63,514 nucleotides of DNA from Actinomycetota bacterium (GTDB lineage: Bacteria > Actinomycetota > Acidimicrobiia > Acidimicrobiales > CADCTF01): assembly GCA_019348255.1 (NCBI GenBank), contig JAHWJU010000003.1, forward strand, positions 1-63,514, in the 5' to 3' direction. How positions within the stretch are numbered: position 1 is the stretch's first letter; each line of letters starts with the position of its first letter. The translations under genes were made by a program, and so were the position numbers. Of the stretch, positions 49,783-58,290 are shown piece by piece. Under the pieces are notes generated by a model. That model did no database searches. It worked only from the letters and a program-made list of their open reading frames with translations, and had not been told where the DNA came from.

Positions 49783-51606
49783 GTGGCGAAGCATCCGTGG
49801 TCGAAGTCGCTCCTGGTGACGGCACTGCTGGCAGCACCGCTGGCGCTGGGCTCCGGACCAGCTCTGGCGGCCACCGATGGCGCATCGGCCACGGCCGACC
49901 TGCGCACCGCCCAAGGCGCCAGCATCGGCACCGTCACCTTCCAGCAGGTGGGGGAACGGGTCCAGGTGCGGGCCCGGGTGACGGCTGGGAGCAATGTGGC
50001 ACCCGGCTTCCACGGTTTCCACGTGCACGAGACGGGCACCTGCACCGCCCCCGGGTTCACCTCTGCCGGTGGTCACTACAACCCCGACACCAAGGGCCAC
50101 GGCGACCATGCCGGCGACCACCCGCCGCTCCTCGTGCAACAAGACGGTTCTGCCAGCGCCGCGTTCACCACCGATGCCTACTCGGTCGACAAGCTGATCG
50201 CCGACGACGTGGCCGTCATCGTCCACGCCAACCCGGACAACTTCGCCAACATCCCGACCCGTTACGTTGCCGGCACCACCACCGGACCCGACGACTTCAC
50301 GGTCGCCACCGGTGACTCGGGGGGCCGTGTGGCCTGTGGCGTGGTCGCCTCGGGGGCGCCGACGCTCCCTGGCGGCTACTGGATGGTGGCCGACGACGGC
50401 GGCGTCTTCGCCCACGGGACGGCGGCCTTCTCCGGCAGCCTCGGCGGCACCCGCCTCAACTCGCCCATCGTGGGGCTCGAGCCGACGCCCAGCGGACAGG
50501 GGTACTACCTGGCCGCCGCCGACGGCGGCATCTTCACCTTCGGGGACGCCTCCTTCGAGGGAAGCACAGGGGCGCTGAAGCTCAACTCACCGGTGGTGGA
50601 CCTCGCCGTGCCGGTCGCCGATGCCAGGGCGGTCCTGGTCGACGCCGCTGGTGACGCGGTGGGCACCGTCACCTTGGCCCAGGAGCCGGGGCGGGTGCGG
50701 GTGACAGTGAGCGCCAGAGGGCTCAAGCCGGGCTTCCATGGCTTCCACCTCCACGACGTGGCGCTGTGCGAGGCACCCGGCTTCACCTCGGCCGCGGGGC
50801 ACTACAACCCGGGTGCTGACGCTCACGGCGGCCACTCCGGCGACAACCCGACGCTGCTGGTCAAAGAGGACGGGACCGTGGAGGAGAGCTTCGTCACCGA
50901 TCGCTACACCGTCGCCGAGGTGGTGGAGGCGGAACTGGCCGTCATCATCCACGCCGGTTCGGACAACTTCGCCAACATCCCCACCCGGTACCAGTCGACG
51001 CAGTCGATCAATCCGGGTCCCGACGACGAGACACTTCGTACCGGCGACGCCGGCCCCCGCGCCGCTTGCGGACTCCTGCGGGCGACCGGCAACACGACCA
51101 AGGGCGGCTACTGGCTGGCCGCCGCCGATGGTGGTGTGTTCGCCTTCGGCGATGCCGGGTTCCTGGGGAGCCAGGGCGGCAGCCGGCTCAACGCCCCGAT
51201 CGTGGCCATGGCGGCGACACCCACCGGCGACGGCTACTGGCTGGCCGCCTCCGACGGGGGGATCTTCGCCTTCGGTGACGCCGGCTTCCACGGCAGCACC
51301 GGCGACCGCAAGCTCAACCAGCCCATCGTGGCCATGGCCGCCACGCCGACGGGGAGGGGCTACGTCCTCGTCGCCCGCGACGGCGGCGTCTTCGCCTTCG
51401 GCGACGCCACCTTCCACGGCAGCACCGGCAGCATCACCTTGAACCAGCCGATCGAAGGGGCGGCACTCACGGCCAGCGGCCACGGCTACTGGTTGTTCGC
51501 CGCCGACGGAGGCGTGTTCGCCTTCGGCGACGCCCCCTTCGAGGGCAGTGAGGGCGCGCTGCGCCTGGCCAGGCCGGTCAGGGGAGGCGCGGCCCGCTCC
51601 GGCTGA
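49783..51606 (+). CDS. sodC: secreted protein with two Cu/Zn superoxide dismutase domains interleaved with six propeller-like repeats (SOD-2 repeats-SOD-4 repeats)
   Basis: Signal peptide LLVTALLAAPLALGSGPALAA. SOD 1 has FHVHETGTC, GGHYNP, HGDHAGDHP and VIVHANPDN. SOD 2 has FHLHDVALC, AGHYNP, HGGHSGDNP and VIIHAGSDN. The repeats read GYWLAAxDGGVFAFGDAxFxGSxG. Confidence 0.85.
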   Translation: MAKHPWSKSLLVTALLAAPLALGSGPALAATDGASATADLRTAQGASIGTVTFQQVGERVQVRARVTAGSNVAPGFHGFHVHETGTCTAPGFTSAGGHYNPDTKGHGDHAGDHPPLLVQQDGSASAAFTTDAYSVDKLIADDVAVIVHANPDNFANIPTRYVAGTTTGPDDFTVATGDSGGRVACGVVASGAPTLPGGYWMVADDGGVFAHGTAAFSGSLGGTRLNSPIVGLEPTPSGQGYYLAAADGGIFTFGDASFEGSTGALKLNSPVVDLAVPVADARAVLVDAAGDAVGTVTLAQEPGRVRVTVSARGLKPGFHGFHLHDVALCEAPGFTSAAGHYNPGADAHGGHSGDNPTLLVKEDGTVEESFVTDRYTVAEVVEAELAVIIHAGSDNFANIPTRYQSTQSINPGPDDETLRTGDAGPRAACGLLRATGNTTKGGYWLAAADGGVFAFGDAGFLGSQGGSRLNAPIVAMAATPTGDGYWLAASDGGIFAFGDAGFHGSTGDRKLNQPIVAMAATPTGRGYVLVARDGGVFAFGDATFHGSTGSITLNQPIEGAALTASGHGYWLFAADGGVFAFGDAPFEGSEGALRLARPVRGGAARSG

Positions 51607-51662
51607 TCTCGGCCCGACAAGGGGACGAAGCCACCGGACGCGGGCGCGGTAATGTCCGGCTG

Positions 51663-52256
51663 ATGCGCCCGCGAGCGAAGTGCCTCGTTGGCCTGCTGGC
51701 GTTGGTGGTGGCCGGCGGCTGCCGAGGCGACGCACCCGACGACGCCGCCGACAAGCCGGAGCCCCGTTCGGTGGTGCGCACCGACGATGAACCGACCTCC
51801 ACCACCGGCGACGCGGGGGCCGACGACAAGGCCGACGTCGCCGACCTGCCCGAACCGGCCGAGCTAGACCTCGAGGAACGCCACCCCAACGGCACCGTCT
51901 TTCGGATCAAGCGGGTCTCCTTCGGGCCAACGGCGATCCTGGTGGACGTCGAGGTGATCAACGGCGCCGACAGGGAGGTGCATCTGAACTCCGGGCTCGG
52001 CACCCGCCTGTTCGACGATCTGGAGGGCGAGTACAACTTCGTCAAGCCCGACCAGAACCCTTCGGTGAAGATCGCCCCGGGCTCCACCCTCACCGGCACC
52101 CTCGCCTTCAGGGGTCCGGTGGACCGCAAGGCGACGGCGCTGACCCTGGCAGTCAACAAGACGACAGCCGATAGCGGCTTCGACATCCGCGAGCAGTCCA
52201 AGTACGACAGCTCGCCGAAGTTCCAGTTCGCGGACATCAAGGTGAGAAGGGGCTGA
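51663..52256 (+). CDS. putative lipoprotein (Ig-like DUF4352-type domain; tentative)
   Basis: Lipobox LVVAGGC near the N-terminus, an acidic linker, then a beta-rich approximately 120-aa domain. Confidence 0.65.
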   Translation: MRPRAKCLVGLLALVVAGGCRGDAPDDAADKPEPRSVVRTDDEPTSTTGDAGADDKADVADLPEPAELDLEERHPNGTVFRIKRVSFGPTAILVDVEVINGADREVHLNSGLGTRLFDDLEGEYNFVKPDQNPSVKIAPGSTLTGTLAFRGPVDRKATALTLAVNKTTADSGFDIREQSKYDSSPKFQFADIKVRRG

Positions 52257-52279
52257 ACAGCCTGGCGCGGGCGGCACTG

Positions 52280-52885
52280 ATGGCGGCGGTGGTCTTGGCC
52301 TTGACCGTCCTCGGCCTAGGTGGCTGTGAGCGGGCGACGGTAGAAGAGACAGCGCCACCGGCACCCGATCTTCCGGCGAGGACGCAGTTCGAGATCCGCG
52401 AGGGCGAGGTGCGGACCGAGGTGTCGATCCAGTCCGAACAGACCCGCTCGCAGGTCGAGGTCCGGGTGCAGCAGATCCTGACCGACCTGCAGGCCGAGGA
52501 CTCGCCCGAGGGCACAGTCATCACCTTGCCTGAGCGAGTGCTGTTCGACTTCGACCGGGCCGATCTCAAGGCCGAGGCCGCAGCCCGGATCGACCAGGTG
52601 GCCGAGGTGGTCCGCTTTTACCGCGACGCCCGGATCACCATCCGCGGCCACACAGACTCGGTGGGCGCCGACGCCTACAACCAGACCCTGTCGGAGCGAC
52701 GGGCCGAAGCGGTGCGGCGCGATCTGGTCGAGCGCCATTCGATCCCTGCCGCACGGTTGGTGGCCGTCGGCTTCGGCGAGAGGTTCCCGGTCGCGCCCAA
52801 CACCAACCCGGACGGTTCAGACAACCCGGCCGGCCGGGAGCAGAACCGCCGGGTCGAGATCGTGGTCGAGGGCGTGCACCGGTAG
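52280..52885 (+). CDS. OmpA/MotB-family peptidoglycan-binding lipoprotein
   Basis: Lipobox LGLGGC. OmpA_C motifs FDFDRADL, GHTDSVGADAYNQTLSERRA and NRRVEIV. Confidence 0.8.
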   Translation: MAAVVLALTVLGLGGCERATVEETAPPAPDLPARTQFEIREGEVRTEVSIQSEQTRSQVEVRVQQILTDLQAEDSPEGTVITLPERVLFDFDRADLKAEAAARIDQVAEVVRFYRDARITIRGHTDSVGADAYNQTLSERRAEAVRRDLVERHSIPAARLVAVGFGERFPVAPNTNPDGSDNPAGREQNRRVEIVVEGVHR

Positions 52886-52940
52886 CGGGAGCCCTAGCCG
52901 ATCCGTCGCCGGACGGTGCACACGACGCCGGCGGAGAGTG

Positions 52941-52979
52941 TCCCGGCTGGCCGGTGGCGGGATTCCGGCCAGCCCGGGA
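52941..52979 (+). terminator. strong GC hairpin downstream of the OmpA-like gene (candidate terminator, no U-tract)
   Basis: GGCTGGCCGG (52945-54) pairs with CCGGCCAGCC (52965-74). One bulge and 4 further pairs extend the stem. The loop is 10 nt. Confidence 0.35.
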
Positions 52980-53121
52980 CGGAAGCTCAACCGCCCATCG
53001 GCTCACCCTGTTCCCGGTTGCCGGTGTTCACTTTTCCCGCACGATCCCGGGACCGCTCCGCGGTGGTGGCGGGCCGCGAAGGCGGGGTAGGACGGTCCGG
53101 AACCAACCCGAAGGAGAACGT

Positions 53122-53352
53122 ATGGCCGACACCGAGAGCGGCGCCGTAACCGGCACCCCGGACAAGGACTACAACATCATCTGGTTCACAGAAGCCTGCC
53201 TCAGCAACGTCCTGCGACTCGAGACCTACATCGCCGACGCCGACCGTGCCGGCGACACCGAGCTGGCGGAGTTCTTTCGCAAGGCCCAGGCCGAGAGCCG
53301 CAAGGGCGGAGAACAGGGCAAGGCGCTGCTGGCCGCGCGTCTGGCGGGCTGA
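53122..53352 (+). CDS. small helical hypothetical protein (76 aa)
   Basis: ORF 52954..53352 trimmed to ATG 53122 with GAAGGAGAA 4-5 nt upstream. Sequence: MADTESGAVTGTPDKDYNIIWFTEACLSNVLRLETYIADADRAGDTELAEFFRKAQAESRKGGEQ. Confidence 0.6.
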   Translation: MADTESGAVTGTPDKDYNIIWFTEACLSNVLRLETYIADADRAGDTELAEFFRKAQAESRKGGEQGKALLAARLAG

Positions 53353-53380
53353 CCGTCGTCGGGCTCACCACACCCAGCCG

Positions 53381-54898
53381 CTAGCCGATCGGCACCGGCG
53401 GCGGGGCGGGGGGTGCCGGCAGCGGCGACGGCCGGGTGGTGGTGGTCGTGGGCGGGGGCGGGGGCGGCGCAGTGGTCGACGGCGACGACTCGGGGGGAGG
53501 CGACGAGCGACCCGACGGAGCGTCCTGGTCGTCTCGGTCCCGGTCCGGCTCCCGGGCCGGCGCCGGCGCCGGCGCCTGGCGTATGACCGGGGCCGGAGCA
53601 GGCGCCCGTGCCGGGGCCGGTGCGCGCGTCGCGCCGGCGGACGGCGGTCGCAACGGCGCCGGGCTCCGCAGGTCACCGAAGCGGCTGAACGGCAGATCGG
53701 GCACGGCCGAGCCCAGCCGGAAGGCGCCGTCGCCCTTCCAGAAGCTGGTCTCGCCTCTGGCTCCGGCCCAGTTGAAGGAAAAGTGGATGTGGTCGGTGTG
53801 GTCCTGCACCCCGCTGAAGGGCCGCCATCCCGCCTCGGCGAGGAACGATGACCAGATCCGGCCGTCCCAGATGATGTACATGATGCCGAGACGCCGGGCC
53901 ATGGCGTAGGGATTACCGGCGTCGTCCGACGCGAACAGCCATCCCAGGACCTCGTCCGCGACCGCCCGCTCGGCCGGGTCGTAGGCATCGAGCCCCCAGT
54001 TGAAGGCCCGGCCCTCCTTGTGCTCGGACACTCCCGGCAACTCGCAGGGCCGGCCGATGCCCATGTTGCGGCTCCCCGGGTAGCGCCCGAGCAAGAGGTC
54101 CCGAAAGCCGAGGACCCCGGGCTTGGCCTCCGGATCGCAGCCCGTCTGAGGTTCGTACAGCGCCAGCGGCTCGAGCGGCAGGCCCTCCCACCGGTCGTGG
54201 CCGGGCAGGTCCAGCGCCGGGGCCGGCCCCCCGGTGCCGCCGACCTCCGGGCCCCGGGCTCGAGCCTCACCGGCCAGCAACTGGCCTCCTGCACCCTCCT
54301 CCACCAGTGACGGCACCGCCGTCAGCGTCCACCGCACCCCGTCCCATGCGGCCTCGAAGCCGAGATAGGCGAAGGTCGATCCGGCGCAGGTGACGATGCC
54401 GTTGACCTGCGTCGTGGCCGCGGTGGGGGGTGGCCCCAGCGGTCGGACGTAGGCGCCTTGGGCGAAGCGGCCAACGGGAGGCGACCACGACACCACCAGT
54501 TGCGCGGCGGGGCAGGTGTCGGGGGTGGAGGTTCCCGGGCCGGCGGCGATCCAGCGCCCGAGGGCGGGCTTGCCCAGAGGCAGCCCGCCCATAGCCGCCA
54601 CCAACATGCGGGCCGCCCTCTCCACTCCCGCCCGTCCCGGCACCAGACTGGTCGCCGCCACCGCCGGTCCCCCCTCGGCGGCCACGTACGGCGCGGTGAC
54701 GGGGGCGCTGCCGAGGCCTGTCGCTGCCGGCGTCCGTCCCACGACCGACCCGAACGCCAGGAGCACGGCGACGGCGGCGGTGAGGCTGGGCTGCAGCGTC
54801 GACTGCCGACCATGCGCCCACGCCTCCATAGCTTGGCGCGACGGCACCCGGGGGAGGGCCAGCTTCGAGAGCTTCGACGACCGCAGGAGGAGTGCCAT
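53381..54898 (-). CDS. secreted protein with a LAS-metallopeptidase-like C-terminal domain and a Pro/Thr-rich tail
   Basis: ORF 53381..55021 trimmed to ATG 54898. Hydrophobic segment LTAAVAVLLAFGSVVG. Contains SEHKEGRAFNWGLD and HTDHIHFSFNW. The tail is rich in APAPAP/PPPPPPTTTTT. Confidence 0.65.
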   Translation of the reverse strand: MALLLRSSKLSKLALPRVPSRQAMEAWAHGRQSTLQPSLTAAVAVLLAFGSVVGRTPAATGLGSAPVTAPYVAAEGGPAVAATSLVPGRAGVERAARMLVAAMGGLPLGKPALGRWIAAGPGTSTPDTCPAAQLVVSWSPPVGRFAQGAYVRPLGPPPTAATTQVNGIVTCAGSTFAYLGFEAAWDGVRWTLTAVPSLVEEGAGGQLLAGEARARGPEVGGTGGPAPALDLPGHDRWEGLPLEPLALYEPQTGCDPEAKPGVLGFRDLLLGRYPGSRNMGIGRPCELPGVSEHKEGRAFNWGLDAYDPAERAVADEVLGWLFASDDAGNPYAMARRLGIMYIIWDGRIWSSFLAEAGWRPFSGVQDHTDHIHFSFNWAGARGETSFWKGDGAFRLGSAVPDLPFSRFGDLRSPAPLRPPSAGATRAPAPARAPAPAPVIRQAPAPAPAREPDRDRDDQDAPSGRSSPPPESSPSTTAPPPPPPTTTTTRPSPLPAPPAPPPVPIG

Positions 54899-54980
54899 TG
54901 GAGTTCTTTTCCAGTTTGGCCTCTGTAGTGAGGTCGTGCCCGCGCTTCGTGATGTTTCCTTAACGGTGTCTTCCGGATCC

Positions 54981-56315
54981 TCAGCCCCGGGGAGGAGACG
55001 GCGTGGCTGCCCGCACCACAAGCACGGCCACGTCGTCGAGCGTGCTGCCGGCCTGGTGGTCGATCACCGCCAGCTCGAGCCGACGGGCGATCCCGTCGGC
55101 GGTGCGGCCCGCGCAGCCGACGAGCAGCGACTCGAGCCGCTCCTGACCGAACTCCAGGCCGTCGGGAGCCCGAGCTTCGATGACGCCGTCGGTGTAGAGC
55201 ACGATGGCGTCTCCGGGCGAGAGCGTCAGGACCTGGTCCGAGATGCAGGCGTCCGGGAAGAGCCCGAGCGGCATCCCACCCGACACCCCGGCGGACTCCA
55301 CGTGGCCGTCCTCACGCAGCACCAGCGGAGGCGGGTGCCCGGCATTCGCCAGGGTGACGGCCACGCCGAGGGCAGTCGGGACCAACCGCAGGAACACAGC
55401 AGTGCAGAACCGGTCTCCGGTTCGCTGGTTGTTGAGGGCGTCGTTGAGCGACCTCAGCACCGCGCTCGGACCACCGTCGCCGGCCACGGCCCGCACCGTG
55501 TAGCGGGCGATACCCGTCAGGGCCGCCGCCTCCGCCCCCACCCCGCTGACGTCTCCCAGCACCACCCCCCATTCCCCATGACCGGTGCTGAAGACGTCGT
55601 AGAAGTCGCCTCCAACCAGGTTCCCCGATCCGGTGGGGCGGTAACGGGCGGCGCAGTCCACCCCCCGGATGACCGGCAACAGCGGTGGCAACAGCGTCTC
55701 CTGGAGCACGCGCGCCACCTCGGCCCTCTCGGCCAACACGTCGGCCTTTTCGAGGGCGACCGCCAAGTGGGCGCTGATGCCGAGGAGGAGTTGCTCGTCG
55801 CGCCGGTCGAAGGCCCGCTGCTGGTGGTGGCCGAGGAAGAGGGCGCCCAGCACCTCTCCGGAGCGGATGACCACGGGAGCGGCCATGTAGCTGCGCACCG
55901 GGCCCCGCTCCCGGAAGGAGCCATAGGGGCGAGCCGCCTCTTCGCTCAGCGCCCACAGGAGCGTGTCGTCGACCCGCAGCGGGGCCCTGCTGGAGAAGGC
56001 GGCCGCCAGGAGCGGGGCCCGGACCGGCGCTGGTGGGTGTTGGAAGTCCCTCTCCGCTGCCCCGACGAGGACCTGCAGGTCCGCCTCCTGAGCCCCCACG
56101 TACATCGCGAAGTCGGCTCCGGTTAGCTCCCGGGCCGCCTCGGCCAACCCCTCCACGAGCCGCTCCACCTCCAGCTCGCCCAGGATCTCCGGCAGCCGCA
56201 GGAGCACCGTCTCCAACCTCGACCGCTCGGCTTCGAGCTGCTTCAACAGCGCCTCCGTCGGGGTGTCGAGCCGCCAGTCCGATGCCCTTCGTCCTCCGAC
56301 GCGCTCGCCGCTCAC
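54981..56315 (-). CDS. GAF-domain PP2C (SpoIIE/RsbU-type) serine phosphatase
   Basis: ORF 54981..56615 trimmed to GTG 56315, which overlaps the upstream stop as GTGA. Coiled-coil region, GAF domain (GALFLGHHQQRAFD) and PP2C motifs GGDFYDVF, LGDVSGVGAEAA and VLYTDGVIEA. Confidence 0.85.
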   Translation of the reverse strand: MSGERVGGRRASDWRLDTPTEALLKQLEAERSRLETVLLRLPEILGELEVERLVEGLAEAARELTGADFAMYVGAQEADLQVLVGAAERDFQHPPAPVRAPLLAAAFSSRAPLRVDDTLLWALSEEAARPYGSFRERGPVRSYMAAPVVIRSGEVLGALFLGHHQQRAFDRRDEQLLLGISAHLAVALEKADVLAERAEVARVLQETLLPPLLPVIRGVDCAARYRPTGSGNLVGGDFYDVFSTGHGEWGVVLGDVSGVGAEAAALTGIARYTVRAVAGDGGPSAVLRSLNDALNNQRTGDRFCTAVFLRLVPTALGVAVTLANAGHPPPLVLREDGHVESAGVSGGMPLGLFPDACISDQVLTLSPGDAIVLYTDGVIEARAPDGLEFGQERLESLLVGCAGRTADGIARRLELAVIDHQAGSTLDDVAVLVVRAATPSPPRG

Positions 56316-57085
56316 GCCGTCTGCCCCGCCGGACGGTCCACCTCGAACCACACGCTCTTGCCCGACAACAGGGTGTCGATGCCCCAGCCCGTCGACAGCG
56401 AGTCGATGAGGGCCATCCCGCGGCCCGACTGGGCCTCGTCGGCGGCGTTGCGCCGGTGGATGACGGCGTCGGCGGAGTCGATGACCTCCACGCGAACCTT
56501 CGCCGGCCGCAGGTGGATGGCCAGCTCCACCTCGGAGTGCGCGTGCACGACGGCGTTGGTGACCAGCTCGCTCACCAGCAGAGTCGCCGTGTCGAGCAGC
56601 TCGTGGCAGTCCCACCGATCAAGGGTGTCGTGGACGAAGCGGCGCGCCGCCCCCGCGCTGCGCAGATCGGGTGCGAAGCGCCGGCGCTCGGTCGCCACCA
56701 CCTCGTCGACGTCGCTCAGAAGGCGGGCCAGCTCGACCAGCTCGTCGGCCATCCGGCTGGCCGGCACGCTCTTGGAGAGGTAGCCGATGCTCGAGGCCAG
56801 CGGCGAGCGGTTCCACAACTGGTGCTCTGGATAGGCCGACACGGCCACGATGGCCGCCGCCGGCGCCGCCTGCCGTAGCGGCGCGACCGCGGCCAGGCCG
56901 TCCATGCCCGGCATGACCATGTCCAGCAGCACGATGTCCGGTTGAAGCTCGGCCGCAGTCGTGATCCCGCGGGCCGCATCACAGGCCTCGCCCACCACCT
57001 CGAGGTCGCTCGCTCCGTCCAGGGCGTAACGCACGAGCAACCGGTAGTCGGGATTGTCGTCTACCACCAGCACCCGGTAGGACAC
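56312..57085 (-). CDS. receiver domain fused to an RsbW/SpoIIAB-like anti-sigma serine kinase domain
   Basis: REC domain: VLVVDDNPDY and IVLLDMVMPGMDG. HATPase_c_2-like domain: RRFVHDTLDRW, ELVTNAVVHA and GRGMALI. GTG start at 57085. Confidence 0.8.
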   Translation of the reverse strand: MSYRVLVVDDNPDYRLLVRYALDGASDLEVVGEACDAARGITTAAELQPDIVLLDMVMPGMDGLAAVAPLRQAAPAAAIVAVSAYPEHQLWNRSPLASSIGYLSKSVPASRMADELVELARLLSDVDEVVATERRRFAPDLRSAGAARRFVHDTLDRWDCHELLDTATLLVSELVTNAVVHAHSEVELAIHLRPAKVRVEVIDSADAVIHRRNAADEAQSGRGMALIDSLSTGWGIDTLLSGKSVWFEVDRPAGQTA

Positions 57086-57087
57086 CC

Positions 57088-58290
57088 TCAGCCCTCCTCG
57101 GTCGTGACCGGGAGCGTGAAGGACACGGTGGTCCCGCGGCCTGGCAGCGACTCGAGCCAGATCTGGCCGCCGTGACGTTCGACCACCCGGCGGCAGAACG
57201 CGAGTCCGAGGCCGGCGCCGGCGTAGGACTCCCGAGGATGCAGGCGGCCGAAGATGGTGAACAGGCGGGGAACCTCGGCCGGATCGATGCCTATCCCGTC
57301 GTCACGGACGCTCACCACCCATTGGCCCTCGCGGCGGCTGAGACCTACGTGCACCTCACTTCGGTCGCCACGGCGGAACTTGAGCGCGTTCTGCAGGAGG
57401 TGGGCGAGCAGCCGGCCGAGCTGCCACCGGTCCCCCCGGACCACCGGGAGCGGGTCGACCGTGACGACCGCGCTGGCTGCGTCGATGTCGGGGCCCATCT
57501 CTGCCCGCACGTGGTCGAACAGCCACGCCAGGTCGACCGGCTCCAGGTGCTGCTCGGCCGCGCTGGCCTTGGCGTAGGTCAGCAGCTCGTCCACGAGTGC
57601 CGTCATCGCCTGGATTCCTCCACGTGCTCGGGCGACGAGAGCGACAGCTTCCTCGCCGCCCCGGGCGTGACGAGCCTGCACCAGGTCCAAGAAGCCCTCG
57701 ACCACCTGCAACGGCTCACGCAGGTCATGGCTGGCCACGAAGGCGAAGCGCTCCAACTCGGCGTTGGACCGCTCCAGCTCCACCGTCTGGGCCCGCAGCG
57801 CCGCTTCGGCCCGGTCGCGCTCCTCGAGGCGGCGCTCGAGCATCTGGCGCTGGTCCTCGATCGTCTTCGACTGGCGGTACAGGTTGGCGAACACCGCCAC
57901 CTTGGTCCGCAGGACATCGGGCTCGAAGGGCTTGGCCAGGTAGTCGACGGCGCCGGTTCCGTACCCTTCGAGCTGGTGTTCGACCTCACGGTTCAGTGCT
58001 GTGAGGAAGATGATCGGGATGTTGGACGTGCGGGCCCGCGCCTTGATCAACCGAGCGGTCTCGAACCCGTCGAGCTCCGGCATCTGCACGTCGAGCAGGA
58101 TCACGGCAACGTCTTGCACCAGGAGGTGGCGCAACGCCTCGGCGCCGGAATTGGCCCGCAGGATGCGGAGGTCCAGCGGCTCCAGCACCGCCTCCACCGC
58201 CAAGAGGTTCTCGGGGCGGTCGTCCACCACGAGCACGGGGACGGCGCCGGCGGTGCGGGCGGTGTCGACCCGCTCGCCGCTCGAGGTCAT
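57088..58290 (-). CDS. receiver-histidine kinase (REC-HisKA-HATPase_c)
   Basis: ORF 57088..58728 trimmed to ATG 58290, which overlaps the cheB stop as ATGA. REC: VLVVDDRPENL and ILLDVQMPELDG. H-box FVASHDLREPL. G-boxes DDGIGI and GAGLGLAF. Confidence 0.85.
   Translation of the reverse strand: MTSSGERVDTARTAGAVPVLVVDDRPENLLAVEAVLEPLDLRILRANSGAEALRHLLVQDVAVILLDVQMPELDGFETARLIKARARTSNIPIIFLTALNREVEHQLEGYGTGAVDYLAKPFEPDVLRTKVAVFANLYRQSKTIEDQRQMLERRLEERDRAEAALRAQTVELERSNAELERFAFVASHDLREPLQVVEGFLDLVQARHARGGEEAVALVARARGGIQAMTALVDELLTYAKASAAEQHLEPVDLAWLFDHVRAEMGPDIDAASAVVTVDPLPVVRGDRWQLGRLLAHLLQNALKFRRGDRSEVHVGLSRREGQWVVSVRDDGIGIDPAEVPRLFTIFGRLHPRESYAGAGLGLAFCRRVVERHGGQIWLESLPGRGTTVSFTLPVTTEEG

Noticed and set aside
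53436-53909. 157-aa plus-strand Gly/Arg/Ala-rich ORF (and 53246..53851)
   Set aside because: It is the mirror of the Pro/Ala/Thr-rich C-terminal tail of the minus-strand secreted protein and has no independent support.
54516-56126. 536-aa plus-strand ORF over the PP2C gene
   Set aside because: It is antisense to a gene with GAF and PP2C motifs. The composition is that of a shadow frame.
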